Part shown: positions 17,290-27,155 of the stretch, one piece after another | Layout: every line of letters starts with the position of its first letter | Numbering within the stretch: position 1 is the first letter of the stretch | Source: a virus | Taxonomy: Duplodnaviria > Caudoviricetes | Direction: 5' to 3' (one strand) | Virus record (IMG/VR): IMGVR_UViG_3300044513_003764 | Coordinates: 1-64,000 of that record | Length of the DNA: 64,000 nt | Notes under the pieces: model-generated | Seen by the model: only the letters and a program-made list of their open reading frames with translations | What the model was told of the DNA's origin: nothing | Databases searched by the model: none | Program-made: the position numbers and the translations under genes

Positions 17290-18117
17290 ATGGTATTTAT
17301 TGCTGGCAAATTTTCGGCTGATGAAATCCTCTGTCAGGTCCCGCCGCACACGCTCCGTATCGATCTTCAAGCGCGTCGCTGGAAATCCGATAATGATCCT
17401 GACGCGGCCATCACTGACTCAAACGACAACGGTATACCCATTGAATTCATCCTTCTTGGGTTTACACCGTATTTCGGTAACCTCGGCATGCGGTCGCATG
17501 AAGAGTTTATTCGTATTAGTTACATTGGCGTTACACCTTCTCATCGTCTTCTTCCGCCACGCTGCGTATGTACAAGCATTATTAGTGGCAAGTCGAGTCA
17601 GAAGAACTTTATCTCGTACTTCCAAACGCTCTACAACAATCGTATTAACGTAGGCGAGATCATCACCTCGACTAAGTTTGCGCAGAAATCCTTTAACGAG
17701 CGGGATCCGGTCACTGGTGCGGATGGTGCAAAGATCAACTACAACGTCCTCGAGTTCAAGGATCGCCCAGCTCAAAACGACGATGAGAAAAAACTCATCG
17801 AGGATATTGGAGCTTGGCTCGAAAGCGATGGAGGAGAGTTGGTATCAAGTGCTCTTCGCAGTAGTATCTCCGGTGCGAATCTGGTCGAGCTACCTCTGGG
17901 AGAGGACCACGCGGCAATCAAAGAAGCTTTTATTGACGCGAATCCCAAGAGACTAGAGGGGCAAGCACCTGCTTCGCTTCAATCTCTCCCTCCCTCAGCA
18001 GGCGAACCTGGAGCTAAGGCGACCAAAGAACCTCCTGCTGCAAAGAAGGAGACTACCAGTAAGGAGTTATCGGAAGAGCAAAAAGCAGCTCTTAAAGCTG
18101 CCGGTCTCGAGATCTGA
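17290..18117 (+). CDS. conserved hypothetical replication/recombination protein
   Basis: 275 aa next to SSB; low-complexity A/K/E tail. Confidence 0.75.
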   Translation: MVFIAGKFSADEILCQVPPHTLRIDLQARRWKSDNDPDAAITDSNDNGIPIEFILLGFTPYFGNLGMRSHEEFIRISYIGVTPSHRLLPPRCVCTSIISGKSSQKNFISYFQTLYNNRINVGEIITSTKFAQKSFNERDPVTGADGAKINYNVLEFKDRPAQNDDEKKLIEDIGAWLESDGGELVSSALRSSISGANLVELPLGEDHAAIKEAFIDANPKRLEGQAPASLQSLPPSAGEPGAKATKEPPAAKKETTSKELSEEQKAALKAAGLEI

Positions 18118-18140
18118 CGCCTAACGTTCAATCCGCTTCG

Positions 18141-18166
18141 AAGGGTTCCGAGAGGAGCCCTTTTTT
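18141..18166 (+). terminator. intrinsic terminator between convergent genes
   Basis: GGGTTCC-GAGA-GGAGCCC-TTTTTT. Confidence 0.8.
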
Positions 18167-18167
18167 A

Positions 18168-18404
18168 TTACATATCAATCAGATCGCCGAAGCTAGGCAG
18201 ATCTATGTCGTTCGTGACGCAATAAGTCACAATATTTTCGAGCAGTTTTCCCCTGATAAGATAGCTTGCGTACATGAGACCTAAGTACTCATCTATCTCT
18301 CGCTCACTAAGTTGCTTGACACTGTCCAAAAACACACGGTGTGCGAAGGACTGCTCAACTGAAAGATGAGACTTCAACTTATCTAGAACGGTATCCGCTT
18401 CCAT
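18168..18404 (-). CDS. hypothetical protein
   Basis: 78 aa helical ORF ending at the terminator. Confidence 0.65.
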   Translation of the reverse strand: MEADTVLDKLKSHLSVEQSFAHRVFLDSVKQLSEREIDEYLGLMYASYLIRGKLLENIVTYCVTNDIDLPSFGDLIDM

Positions 18405-18936
18405 GACGTTTTATCAGGTTCCTAAATTTGTTTTCTCCCCGATCGCCAGAAGCTCTTGGGGTAATGGATCAATTCTACTTCCGTCCGACTTTCAAGGACA
18501 GCTTGCAAAGCAAATAGCCGAAGCAGGGATAACCGAAATCGTCACCAACAGGGAGGAATCCAACCTGCAGGACCCAGAGTGGTGGGAAAAATATAGAGGC
18601 ACAATCGACTGGGTAATAGCTATAACACAAGGAACACCTCAGTACACTCCTTGGATTACAGAGTACGGAATCGACATAGCTAAAGAAGGTCTGATCATCC
18701 TCGACCGACTGACCTTCCTTGAGCCCACGCGGAATCGTGAAGCGTTTTTAAATGAGTCCTCGTTAGTAAACATGAAGATTTTGTCGCCGCGCCCTGCATT
18801 CCGTGCAGATGGTAAGCAACTAAAAGATTCTGTGACATCAGCGTGGTTTGTATTTAAACGACCTGGCGCAGCTCGCTGCAGTACGTTCATCGATTTCGAA
18901 GTAGGCTGGGCGCATCCAAAAAATCTTCGAAAGTGA
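18403..18936 (+). CDS. DNA methyltransferase-fold protein with degenerate motifs
   Basis: FYQVP, DWVIAITQG (instead of DWIITNPPF), LDRLTFLEP, RPAF, DSVTSAWFVF. Confidence 0.6.
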   Translation: MTFYQVPKFVFSPIARSSWGNGSILLPSDFQGQLAKQIAEAGITEIVTNREESNLQDPEWWEKYRGTIDWVIAITQGTPQYTPWITEYGIDIAKEGLIILDRLTFLEPTRNREAFLNESSLVNMKILSPRPAFRADGKQLKDSVTSAWFVFKRPGAARCSTFIDFEVGWAHPKNLRK

Positions 18937-19247
18937 CCAAGCGTCTCGGTGCACTCTTAGAGCAGTTAGTGCAACTCCAGATCGAGCAAAATTCTAAGTT
19001 AGACAAGATTACAGCGTTACTTGTAGGCCAGCAGTTGCTTACAGAGTGCGTGGACTACCAAGGACAAGCACGATCACCAGAGGAGTGCGCAGAAATAACT
19101 ATAGAAGGTTTCTCCGCAGCCTTGTGCTTAATGAGCGAGATCGATCAACGTAACAGAGAGTATCAATATCAGAAACAGGAATTCTTTATTGATCAGGAGG
19201 AAGATGAGGACGACGAAGAAGGAACTGGAATTACAGATTTGTTCTAA
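18933..19247 (+). CDS. hypothetical protein with acidic tail
   Basis: ORF track; GTGA coupling. Confidence 0.7.
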   Translation: MTKRLGALLEQLVQLQIEQNSKLDKITALLVGQQLLTECVDYQGQARSPEECAEITIEGFSAALCLMSEIDQRNREYQYQKQEFFIDQEEDEDDEEGTGITDLF

Positions 19248-19273
19248 GCTAGGCAGGAATTGACACGTATCTT

Positions 19274-20053
19274 GTGTCCGATACCCGCGTTACAGTTAAC
19301 GGCTTAAGGCACTACATTTGCAATGGAGTTCCTGTACCTCTTCCTTCGGTAACTTCAATCCTTAGTGCCACGCAGACAGAAGAAACGCGTAAAAAACTGG
19401 CGCATTGGAATCTGATGAACCCTGGGGTAGCTGATCAGGCTGCCGAAAGAGGAACTTGGATCCACTCGAGTGTTGAAAACTACCTGCTGGGTTTAAAGGT
19501 CGTCCCACCTGAAAGATACAGTCCCTATTGGAACGGTATGCCCGAGCTTCTAGATGAGCTCGTGAGCGGTGGGCGTGTTCTGTGGTCTGAAAAACCCTTC
19601 AACCAACCGCGTTGGTCATCCTATGTAGGAGACGATGGCGTCGGGCGAATCCACTACTACGACGAAAAGACCGGATATGGTTACGCCGGGTGCTGTGACC
19701 TGATCTATATGAATCAAAATGCTGAAATTATTTTGGCTGACTTCAAGACGAGCAACGGTCCTTACTCAGCCAGGTTCCCACGCAAAGACGCAAAAGTCGA
19801 CGAAAAAACGAGGAAGGCTTTAATCTCTGGTGTGTTTAAAACTAAGAAGACAAAACTTCAACTAGCAGCGTATAAAGCAGCGGCGGAAGCTTGTTTAGGA
19901 ATTAAGATTGATAAGACGCAAATTATCGTTACTACAGCTATAGAGGAGTTCAACACACAGATCTTTACTTTTGGACCAGAAGAAGTCGAGAAAGACGAAG
20001 AAAATTGGTTCCAAGTTGTGAGGCAGTACTACGAGGCCAAGGGTTCAAAGTAG
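19274..20053 (+). CDS. PD-(D/E)XK exonuclease (RecB/MGME1-like)
   Basis: LPSVTSIL, RGTWIH, YAGCCDLI, LADFKTS, LQLAAY. Confidence 0.85.
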   Translation: MSDTRVTVNGLRHYICNGVPVPLPSVTSILSATQTEETRKKLAHWNLMNPGVADQAAERGTWIHSSVENYLLGLKVVPPERYSPYWNGMPELLDELVSGGRVLWSEKPFNQPRWSSYVGDDGVGRIHYYDEKTGYGYAGCCDLIYMNQNAEIILADFKTSNGPYSARFPRKDAKVDEKTRKALISGVFKTKKTKLQLAAYKAAAEACLGIKIDKTQIIVTTAIEEFNTQIFTFGPEEVEKDEENWFQVVRQYYEAKGSK

Positions 20054-20156
20054 AATCTGCAGACCTCGAAAACGCAGTCTGAGAGGGGCTTCTTCAGCTT
20101 CTCTTCAGATTGCTTGATGACATTTCAGGCATACTGGAGGCACCCCGCGACACACC

Positions 20157-22946
20157 ATGAAGTTCATCTGCTCTGTAAACGAGGTAGTCGCAAAGCATCT
20201 CCATCCTGAGACAGGCAAGATAGCGTCCGGGGGAAACTTCTCTGCCTTTAACTCGAACTGGATTGCTTCCGAACTTGAGGCTTCGGAAATTGCAGGTCAT
20301 GTTGGAGATAGTCATGGTCTCTGCGCTTGGCATCTCATAAACGGGCAGAGGAACTCCAAAGGCACCGGAGTAATTAAAGCGGGCTTAATTATTGTTGATA
20401 TAGATAATCAAGCAGATCATAAAGATAAGGAAGGCAATAAAGTACAGAAGCAAGAATTAACTGTAGAGGAAGCCTTAGAGCTCGATATCTGTAAAAAATA
20501 TTTAACTGTTGGTTACTACTCTCCTTCAACCACAGAGGCTTGGCCGAGGTTCAGACTCGTCTTTGGTCTCGAGTCTCCGATCGTAGATCCGAAAACCTAC
20601 AAGTTTCTCACTCAACAGATCTATAGCCAGATCCCTGGATCCGATGTGCGGGCTACGACGATCCCAAACCTTTTTTATGGGGCCAAGGACAAGGAGGCAG
20701 TCTTTGCCTGCCCAGGCAAATTCATTCCGATCGACAAAGTTCAAGAGGCTGCAAAGGTCGCTGCGACAATTCCTGACCAGGGCGAAGGTGAAAGTGATGC
20801 CGAGGAAACCTTAAATACTCTCTGTGAGGACGCTGACGGTATAGACCTCGCGAGGCTGGTTTCCAATACTGTCCGTTCTGTCCTCGATGGAGAGGAAGTT
20901 GAGGACCGCAGCTCGACTATGGCAGCGGTCTTCAAGGAACTGCTCGGGTGGGCTAACTGGCTTAGTGAGCGTGAGATCCCTGTGCGCGTGTCACCCTTGA
21001 CAATTGCGCAGGAAGCATTCTATAACATCTATGCGTACCCTCACGACCTCGATGGCAAGTTCGGTCGAATCCTCAATTCCATTCGGGATGCCGGTGACCT
21101 GCAGCCTGCAATTGCCTTAGCGTCCGACCTCGGAGGTCTTGCCGTTTGGAAAAAGGTAAAGGTAGTCAACCAGAAGGCCTTCCAGAAGTTTGCTTCCGAT
21201 TCTGAAAAGGAAGCCCTAGCTGTCGCCAAGAAAGCGCAGCTAAATTCGGTTCTAGACATCAGCGCTTTCAGCCTCGACACAAATAAACCTGTTGTCGCTA
21301 CAGCTGACAAAGCAACATCAACATCAACATCAACAACAAAAGAAGATCAGATGAACACTCCGTCTACGCCCACGCAGCTCGTCAACCTAGTCAGCAACGC
21401 GGGCAACCAAAACCGTCAGTTCTCTGAGAACGACGTCGCAGACATCATCGTCACTAACCAGGGAGACGACTTCATCTACGACAGCTATCTCGATCAGTTC
21501 TACCACTATGACAGCGATGGAGATCTCTGGTACCACCAGGACGAGCAGCACATAAAAAGGAGAATTGTTAAAGCTCTGGACTCTTTCGTTGTAGCCGGTG
21601 TGCTACCCAAGTACACCGCTTCGACGATTCAAAGCGTCTACCAAATCCTTAAGGCCAAGCTACTTCGCTCGGCTGATGGTGGTCGGAAAAGCGTGTGGAG
21701 TAAATCCAGAGGACTAATTCCTTTTTCCAACGGCGTACTCGACAGCAAAACTCTCGAGTTTCACGAAGGAACTCACAAGGATCTTTTTCTCCGCTTCAAG
21801 CTTCAGTACAGCTTCCATAAAAAAGCTGACTGTCCTGAGTTCCTATCATGGATCAAAAACTGCCTTCACCCAGGGCAGGAGCTCCTGATTCGGGCTTTTG
21901 CTCGAGCAATCCTCACCGGATACACCTCAGGAGAAAGGTTCTTACACCTTGTCGGACCAGGCGGGACGGGTAAATCAACGATGCAGCAGCTCTTGGTTGC
22001 GCTCGCTGGTTACCACAGCACTCACACCTCAAGCCTGGAGATGATCGAAAACAATAAATTTGAGACTTACAACCTGATCGGCAAACGGCTGCTCCTCCTA
22101 ACAGACGAAAGCAACTACCAGAAGAGGATGGACGTCCTCAAAAAGCTGACTTCTGCCTCTGACACACTTCGAGCTGAGAGAAAGTATGGCAAAGAGATCA
22201 TCAGCTTTAAGCCCGAGTGCTTGGTGTGTATCGCTAGTAATGAACACATCACATCAAACGATTCCAGCAGCGGTCTTGAACGGAGGCGACTCACTGTAGT
22301 TATGGATCGTGTCGTACCTCCGAGCAGTCGAAAGGAACTGATCTCCGTCTACGACGACTGCATCGAAGGTGCGTTTGCGGAAGAGATGTCCGGAATCGTC
22401 AGCTGGGCGCTCGACATGGGCTATGACCGCATGAAAGACGTTCTTGCTAACCCTACAAAGCACGTACCGTCGCTAAACGCAACGAACATCGAAGCCCTCA
22501 TGTTTAACAACCAGTTTGTTGCTTGGCTCAACGACTGTTGTCTTTATGCACCGAACAGCACGACACCTATCGGCCACGGTGCACGGAAGCCCTCGATCGA
22601 AGAGTCAGAGAAAGGACTGTATATAGCTAACGCTTACGGTGCGCTCTACCCCAGTTACGCCAACTTCTGTAAGTCCTGTGGCTACAAAGCCGCTGCTAAG
22701 CACAGGTTTGTCGAGCGGACTAAAGAAGCCGCTACCAACATCCTCAAACTGCAAGGTGTATCCCTTGTCATGAAAGATGGTATTCCGAGCCTAAAAGGCT
22801 TACGTCTCAAAGCTTTTGATCTAAAATCCGATCGAGCTTCAACAGGTCCTGAGCGTTTACCCTCCCCTGTGGAGTACGCACAAGATCCAACCACCACAAA
22901 GTGGGACACCGCTTTCAGTAAACATGACCCTGCGTCTCAACCCTAA
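20157..22946 (+). CDS. primase-polymerase / D5-like SF3 helicase fusion
   Basis: N-terminal VDID, YYSPS, RFRLVF; Walker A GPGGTGKST; Walker B LLTDE; motif C IASN. Confidence 0.9.
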   Translation: MKFICSVNEVVAKHLHPETGKIASGGNFSAFNSNWIASELEASEIAGHVGDSHGLCAWHLINGQRNSKGTGVIKAGLIIVDIDNQADHKDKEGNKVQKQELTVEEALELDICKKYLTVGYYSPSTTEAWPRFRLVFGLESPIVDPKTYKFLTQQIYSQIPGSDVRATTIPNLFYGAKDKEAVFACPGKFIPIDKVQEAAKVAATIPDQGEGESDAEETLNTLCEDADGIDLARLVSNTVRSVLDGEEVEDRSSTMAAVFKELLGWANWLSEREIPVRVSPLTIAQEAFYNIYAYPHDLDGKFGRILNSIRDAGDLQPAIALASDLGGLAVWKKVKVVNQKAFQKFASDSEKEALAVAKKAQLNSVLDISAFSLDTNKPVVATADKATSTSTSTTKEDQMNTPSTPTQLVNLVSNAGNQNRQFSENDVADIIVTNQGDDFIYDSYLDQFYHYDSDGDLWYHQDEQHIKRRIVKALDSFVVAGVLPKYTASTIQSVYQILKAKLLRSADGGRKSVWSKSRGLIPFSNGVLDSKTLEFHEGTHKDLFLRFKLQYSFHKKADCPEFLSWIKNCLHPGQELLIRAFARAILTGYTSGERFLHLVGPGGTGKSTMQQLLVALAGYHSTHTSSLEMIENNKFETYNLIGKRLLLLTDESNYQKRMDVLKKLTSASDTLRAERKYGKEIISFKPECLVCIASNEHITSNDSSSGLERRRLTVVMDRVVPPSSRKELISVYDDCIEGAFAEEMSGIVSWALDMGYDRMKDVLANPTKHVPSLNATNIEALMFNNQFVAWLNDCCLYAPNSTTPIGHGARKPSIEESEKGLYIANAYGALYPSYANFCKSCGYKAAAKHRFVERTKEAATNILKLQGVSLVMKDGIPSLKGLRLKAFDLKSDRASTGPERLPSPVEYAQDPTTTKWDTAFSKHDPASQP

Positions 22947-23499
22947 TCTGACACTCGCTGTCCTAGGTGCCATTGGCATTGGGACTGCAGTTACTTTCAC
23001 CGCTCCTCAGCAGTTGGGTACTGCCTTTGCTTTCGGAGGAGGGCTTATCGGCGGGGCGGGTATCGCCAGGGACCGACACCGCAAATCTCAGGTAAACAAA
23101 GACAACGCGCAGAGGGTGACTGGCATATTCAGTGCACTGTATGAGAGCAATCGAGGGCTCGTAGACCCACTTCAATTGGCATTAATCGCAGATATCCCTG
23201 CGACTCAGGCTCACGGTTTTCTGACCGGGTTGGCTGAAAATATCGGAGGTCAGAAAATCCCTCATAAAAATGGCAACGGAGTCCTTTTCTCGTTTCCCCA
23301 CACCAGCAACGCGTTAGACGAGCTGACCGCAAACGCTCAGAACTGGGCGCAGGCTCAGGTGCAGCAGATGGCGGCAGAGCTCGAGGGTCAGCGCCGAGCG
23401 CTCCAATTGGCGCAACTCCAAAACGCTGCTAAGGCCGCGACCCCGGCACCTCAGCAAGACCCCTGGACTCAAACCGGTCAGATGCCGGGTCAGCTGTGA
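22924..23499 (+). CDS. membrane-anchored hypothetical protein
   Basis: Two N-terminal hydrophobic stretches, Q-rich tail. Confidence 0.7.
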   Translation: MTLRLNPNLTLAVLGAIGIGTAVTFTAPQQLGTAFAFGGGLIGGAGIARDRHRKSQVNKDNAQRVTGIFSALYESNRGLVDPLQLALIADIPATQAHGFLTGLAENIGGQKIPHKNGNGVLFSFPHTSNALDELTANAQNWAQAQVQQMAAELEGQRRALQLAQLQNAAKAATPAPQQDPWTQTGQMPGQL

Positions 23500-23572
23500 T
23501 CCCTGTTTGCGTCCATAAGAGCGTAAGTAAGAAGGTAGAGGTTCAGTAAAAACACAAGGGATGCGAGGAGAG

Positions 23573-24259
23573 TCAACGAAGGAAGTCCCAACCTTTCAAG
23601 CTACTCTCCTCGGACTCCTTGATAGCGTCAATAACTGTAGGCACTTGGTGCGATAGTTCGTAACCAATCGAGCGGGCGATCATGCGGTGCTCGCGTTGGG
23701 TCTCCTCTTGACCACGGAGGCCGACATAGTGGATGAAGCTGCGGATGGTCCCGCTCATGTGAAGTCGGGTAGGCGTGTAAAGAGGGAGAAGATTACGCGC
23801 ACACTCGCGGGCGACCCCCTTGCTGAGCATGTCGCGATACAAGTCCTTCAGTTGATTATCGATATCCTCGAGGCGATCCCAAAAGTGCTCGCAGATGTAC
23901 AGCGGGAGAACGTTTTGACTGCTCTGACGGTTCTTCTCAGCCTGAGCCCTGATCTCAAACTTCCAGGGAGTTTCAGAGACGTCTAAAGTTTCGATTGGAT
24001 CGCAATATCTCTGCGAAAGCTCCTGATATACGAAACTTCTATGCCTCAGGATCTGTGGCGAGATAGCCCGTGTAGTCGATATCTCGAAAGAAGCACTCGC
24101 CTGCTCGAAGACACTCCAGTGTCCGTGCTTAATGCAGTAACTCAGTAGACGAGCGTACTCAGCGCGGTTGGGGTCTTTAGTAGAAACCCTCGCGTGCCTC
24201 GCAATAGTTTGCTCAGTATCAGGGGTAATCCAATCAAGCTCTGCTGAGTGCAGCTTCAC
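23573..24259 (-). CDS. thyX: FAD-dependent thymidylate synthase
   Basis: GHWSVFEQ, QILRHRSF.YQELSQRY, RECARNLLP, QREHR. Confidence 0.96.
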   Translation of the reverse strand: MKLHSAELDWITPDTEQTIARHARVSTKDPNRAEYARLLSYCIKHGHWSVFEQASASFEISTTRAISPQILRHRSFVYQELSQRYCDPIETLDVSETPWKFEIRAQAEKNRQSSQNVLPLYICEHFWDRLEDIDNQLKDLYRDMLSKGVARECARNLLPLYTPTRLHMSGTIRSFIHYVGLRGQEETQREHRMIARSIGYELSHQVPTVIDAIKESEESSLKGWDFLR

Positions 24260-24400
24260 TTAGCTCTTAGGAAACGTTTGCTGATAACGGAGCCTAGCAG
24301 TAATTTCACGAGGGTTCGAGACAATACGCGAAACGTCTAGCGGTCCTAAACCGAGACGCATCCCCGCCATCCGCATAGTGTCTGCCTGGGAACTCATCAT
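24260..24400 (-). CDS. small hypothetical protein (46 aa)
   Basis: Hand translation MMSSQADTMRMAGMRLGLG...FPKS; overlaps upstream stop and abuts thyX. Confidence 0.5.
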   Translation of the reverse strand: MMSSQADTMRMAGMRLGLGPLDVSRIVSNPREITARLRYQQTFPKS

Positions 24401-24915
24401 TTGCGCTCACCTTTGATCGGAAGCTGAAGAGGCATAGAACCAGGAGTCCTGAAATCATTAGGCAGCAGCGCTGCACCAGGATCAGGGGCGTTAAGGAAGT
24501 TTTGCTGGGGAAGCGAAGTCAGAATTTGCATCTGACCACGCAGGTTCGGATCGAGGCTGTTGTTTGTATCAACCAAGTACTGAGCCTTAGAAAGGTCAGC
24601 TGCACGACCAGGCATTACCAGAGAATCCCGGTGGTTGTAACCCGCTAAGCCGGTAATCTCACTCGAAGGCATGATGTTGCCTTCCTGGTAGTTGGTAGGA
24701 CCCACGGCGGAACGAACGTATTCGCCCCGATCACGCTGGTACTGAGACGTGATGCGGTTGATATTATCGAGAGACTGCGCACGGCGCAGATCGATAGCTT
24801 CAGGAGTATTCGTAAAGCGCGCTGGTTCTTCGGTCGCCATCGAACCGAGCGGTTTTACGCGGGAAGCCATGGGACCAAGTCCGCCGGGCCGCTGTAAGAA
24901 CTGTTGACCTTCCAT
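24397..24915 (-). CDS. hypothetical protein
   Basis: ORF track. Confidence 0.7.
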   Translation of the reverse strand: MEGQQFLQRPGGLGPMASRVKPLGSMATEEPARFTNTPEAIDLRRAQSLDNINRITSQYQRDRGEYVRSAVGPTNYQEGNIMPSSEITGLAGYNHRDSLVMPGRAADLSKAQYLVDTNNSLDPNLRGQMQILTSLPQQNFLNAPDPGAALLPNDFRTPGSMPLQLPIKGERK

Positions 24916-24924
24916 GATTCGATT

Positions 24925-25164
24925 CTAACTGCGTTTTGGCTGTTTTTCGCGGTTAGTCTCCTCACTAACTACGCGGAGATTGCTAGGGGAATTATTTTCT
25001 GGGTTGAAATCTTTATGATCAACCTCTTTTCCATCTCCTTTGCGAACGCGACCATTTCGTTCCATATAACGGCGAGCCTTGTTACGAGCGGCGCGCCGTT
25101 TCTTCTGTTCTTCAGTCTTACCGTGTTCCTTATATTCTTTTTTGTAATCTCTCTGGTAAGCCAC
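24925..25164 (-). CDS. small basic HNH-motif protein
   Basis: RDYKKEY..GDGKEVDHKD.NP.NN..SNLRV....NR. Confidence 0.7.
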   Translation of the reverse strand: MAYQRDYKKEYKEHGKTEEQKKRRAARNKARRYMERNGRVRKGDGKEVDHKDFNPENNSPSNLRVVSEETNREKQPKRS

Positions 25165-25173
25165 GGGAGTTTT

Positions 25174-25407
25174 TTATGATTCTAAAGCAGTCGCAAATAA
25201 GTCAACAACTTTATAACCTCGAGCGGTCACCATATGACGCCCAAACTCTGCCAGATCGTCTTTGTAACGCTGATAGAGCCCTGTGTAGAGGCCGTCATTA
25301 CAGCCATAGAACTCATAAAGAGCATCTAAAAAATCAGCCTTAGCTTGCTCTGAGTCAACGTTCCAATTATCGAGAATCTCTTGATAGTCGAAGTAGACCG
25401 CAGCCAT
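25174..25407 (-). CDS. hypothetical protein
   Basis: ORF track. Confidence 0.7.
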   Translation of the reverse strand: MAAVYFDYQEILDNWNVDSEQAKADFLDALYEFYGCNDGLYTGLYQRYKDDLAEFGRHMVTARGYKVVDLFATALES

Positions 25408-25455
25408 GGGAGGAGAGGACAGAGTTAGTCAGCTTAAAACACTCAGGCAAGTAGC

Positions 25456-26691
25456 TTAAAGAGCTTTAATAAACCAACCAGATTTGTTGCCCTCGACCAT
25501 CCAGCGAGGTCCCAGGTTCGCCTTCGAGTAAAGCTTGTACTCCCCGTCCTGGCTCACGTAAGTCCCAGCAACAAGGTCTAGGTCACCCCAAGGGTCGTGC
25601 ACCCAAAGCTTAGACCTGTCTGCAGTTACACCAACCACACAGATCCAGTGGCCGCCGCCCGATGGTTTACTAACCGAACCCTTATGAAGGATCCCGATCG
25701 GGACGGGAATACCCTTCTCGAGCCGTTCTTCGATTGAACTCCAGTCTCCTGTAGTCAGAAAACTAGATTCGACGCCGAAGTGGGCTAAAGCTTTGACTTG
25801 AACGGAGGAATCCGTAGTGTCGCCAATCTTGAAGACTTCTCGAATGTAATCATCGTCATTCTCGATGGCATCGGGGTCGAGCCCAGATAGGAGCATGGCG
25901 CAACTGCTGGAGAAGCAGGTGCGGTTAGCGTCCCTATAGTTATCGCGTTGCGAGTAATAAGGTACAGAAAGCTTTATCTCATTCTTAGTGCTCGGTTCAG
26001 AGCTTTCGATGTTTACATCATTGATGATCTTCCAATGATCGGGGAAGAACCACCACTCTTTATCGGGCTGGAGCTCAAGAATGACTCTTTGGTGCACCTC
26101 ACCCGCATACATCCGAATCTCAGTCCACTGCCACGCTGCACCCTTAGGTACGAATAATTTTTCCTCAGCAGCCAAGGTGGAAGAATCGACCGGCTTGCGC
26201 TTAAGCCAGGTGTCACGCTTAGCGAGGATCGACTTTCCCAAGAGAGGGTGCTTAATCTTCTCCAAGAATAAGGCTTTTTCGTGCTGGCGTCGGCGGACTA
26301 GGCCAGGGACGGGCTGGTCACTACCAGCCTTCACCCATTTAGCGAATTCAGCCGCGACGATCTTACGGTCTGCGTGACCGTTGAGTAGTCTGAGTAACGT
26401 GCTATTAACAAACGCAGTAGGGCCAACATTAAAAACAAAAGACACTAGAGCATCATATTCATTCTGATTTAACTTCCCATTCACGAAGCTGTTTACGGCT
26501 TGCTGAGCGCTCTCAGTGTCTCGCCACAAGAGTTTTTCAGCCTCTTCCTCAGTAATTCTTAGACCGGGTTTTACATCAGGGCCTGTATGTCCGTAGCCAA
26601 TCGTGTCGACACCTGCGACACACTTATATGCGGTAAGACGCAGACCCTCAAACTTTTTGATCAGGTCTAACCCACGTTGAGAGAGGGTCAT
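25456..26691 (-). CDS. modular endolysin: GH24 lysozyme + SH3-like linker + C39-like peptidase
   Basis: KKFEGLRLTAY..TIGYGHT; GLVRRR..EK.LF; VPYYSQRDN..TCFSSSCAM; GHWICVVG; VHDPWG. Confidence 0.9.
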   Translation of the reverse strand: MTLSQRGLDLIKKFEGLRLTAYKCVAGVDTIGYGHTGPDVKPGLRITEEEAEKLLWRDTESAQQAVNSFVNGKLNQNEYDALVSFVFNVGPTAFVNSTLLRLLNGHADRKIVAAEFAKWVKAGSDQPVPGLVRRRQHEKALFLEKIKHPLLGKSILAKRDTWLKRKPVDSSTLAAEEKLFVPKGAAWQWTEIRMYAGEVHQRVILELQPDKEWWFFPDHWKIINDVNIESSEPSTKNEIKLSVPYYSQRDNYRDANRTCFSSSCAMLLSGLDPDAIENDDDYIREVFKIGDTTDSSVQVKALAHFGVESSFLTTGDWSSIEERLEKGIPVPIGILHKGSVSKPSGGGHWICVVGVTADRSKLWVHDPWGDLDLVAGTYVSQDGEYKLYSKANLGPRWMVEGNKSGWFIKAL

Positions 26692-26756
26692 ATATAAAGC
26701 CCAGCCTCAGATACTTTGACAGAGACTGGGCAGATTTGAGCTAAATTTTTTATAAA

Positions 26757-27155
26757 TTAAGCCACTAACATCGTCACGCGATATTCAGAAGCACTGCGAT
26801 CAGTTCGATGAACATAGACAGTGGCTGTATCGCCAGAAGTGACCGAGAACGCCACGCCGCTGCCTTGACGACGGGTCATCTTAGGAGCTTCCGCCGTCCC
26901 GTCCTCGACCCCGTCGGAACCAACAACTGTGATACCACTTACCCCGAAGGCCGCAGCGTCGAGAAGAAAAGTAGCGACACCAGTGCTTCCGTAAGTAACC
27001 TCATAAACATCAGAGAGAGGATACTTACCGTCACCTGCGAAAGCCCGATAGGAATCGACAGTTACGTTCAGACCATCATTAGTACGGATTTGGCCAAACC
27101 GGCTGATGCCAGCGGGCGCAGCACCTAACTCACGGTTGAAAGTAGTCTCTGCCAT
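26757..27155 (-). CDS. hypothetical beta-rich, probably virion protein
   Basis: ATG 27155 in ORF 26757..27206. Confidence 0.65.
   Translation of the reverse strand: MAETTFNRELGAAPAGISRFGQIRTNDGLNVTVDSYRAFAGDGKYPLSDVYEVTYGSTGVATFLLDAAAFGVSGITVVGSDGVEDGTAEAPKMTRRQGSGVAFSVTSGDTATVYVHRTDRSASEYRVTMLVA

Noticed and set aside
19260-19273. TTGACA before the exonuclease as a sigma70 promoter
   Set aside because: No -10 at 16-18 nt spacing, and that position would fall inside the gene.
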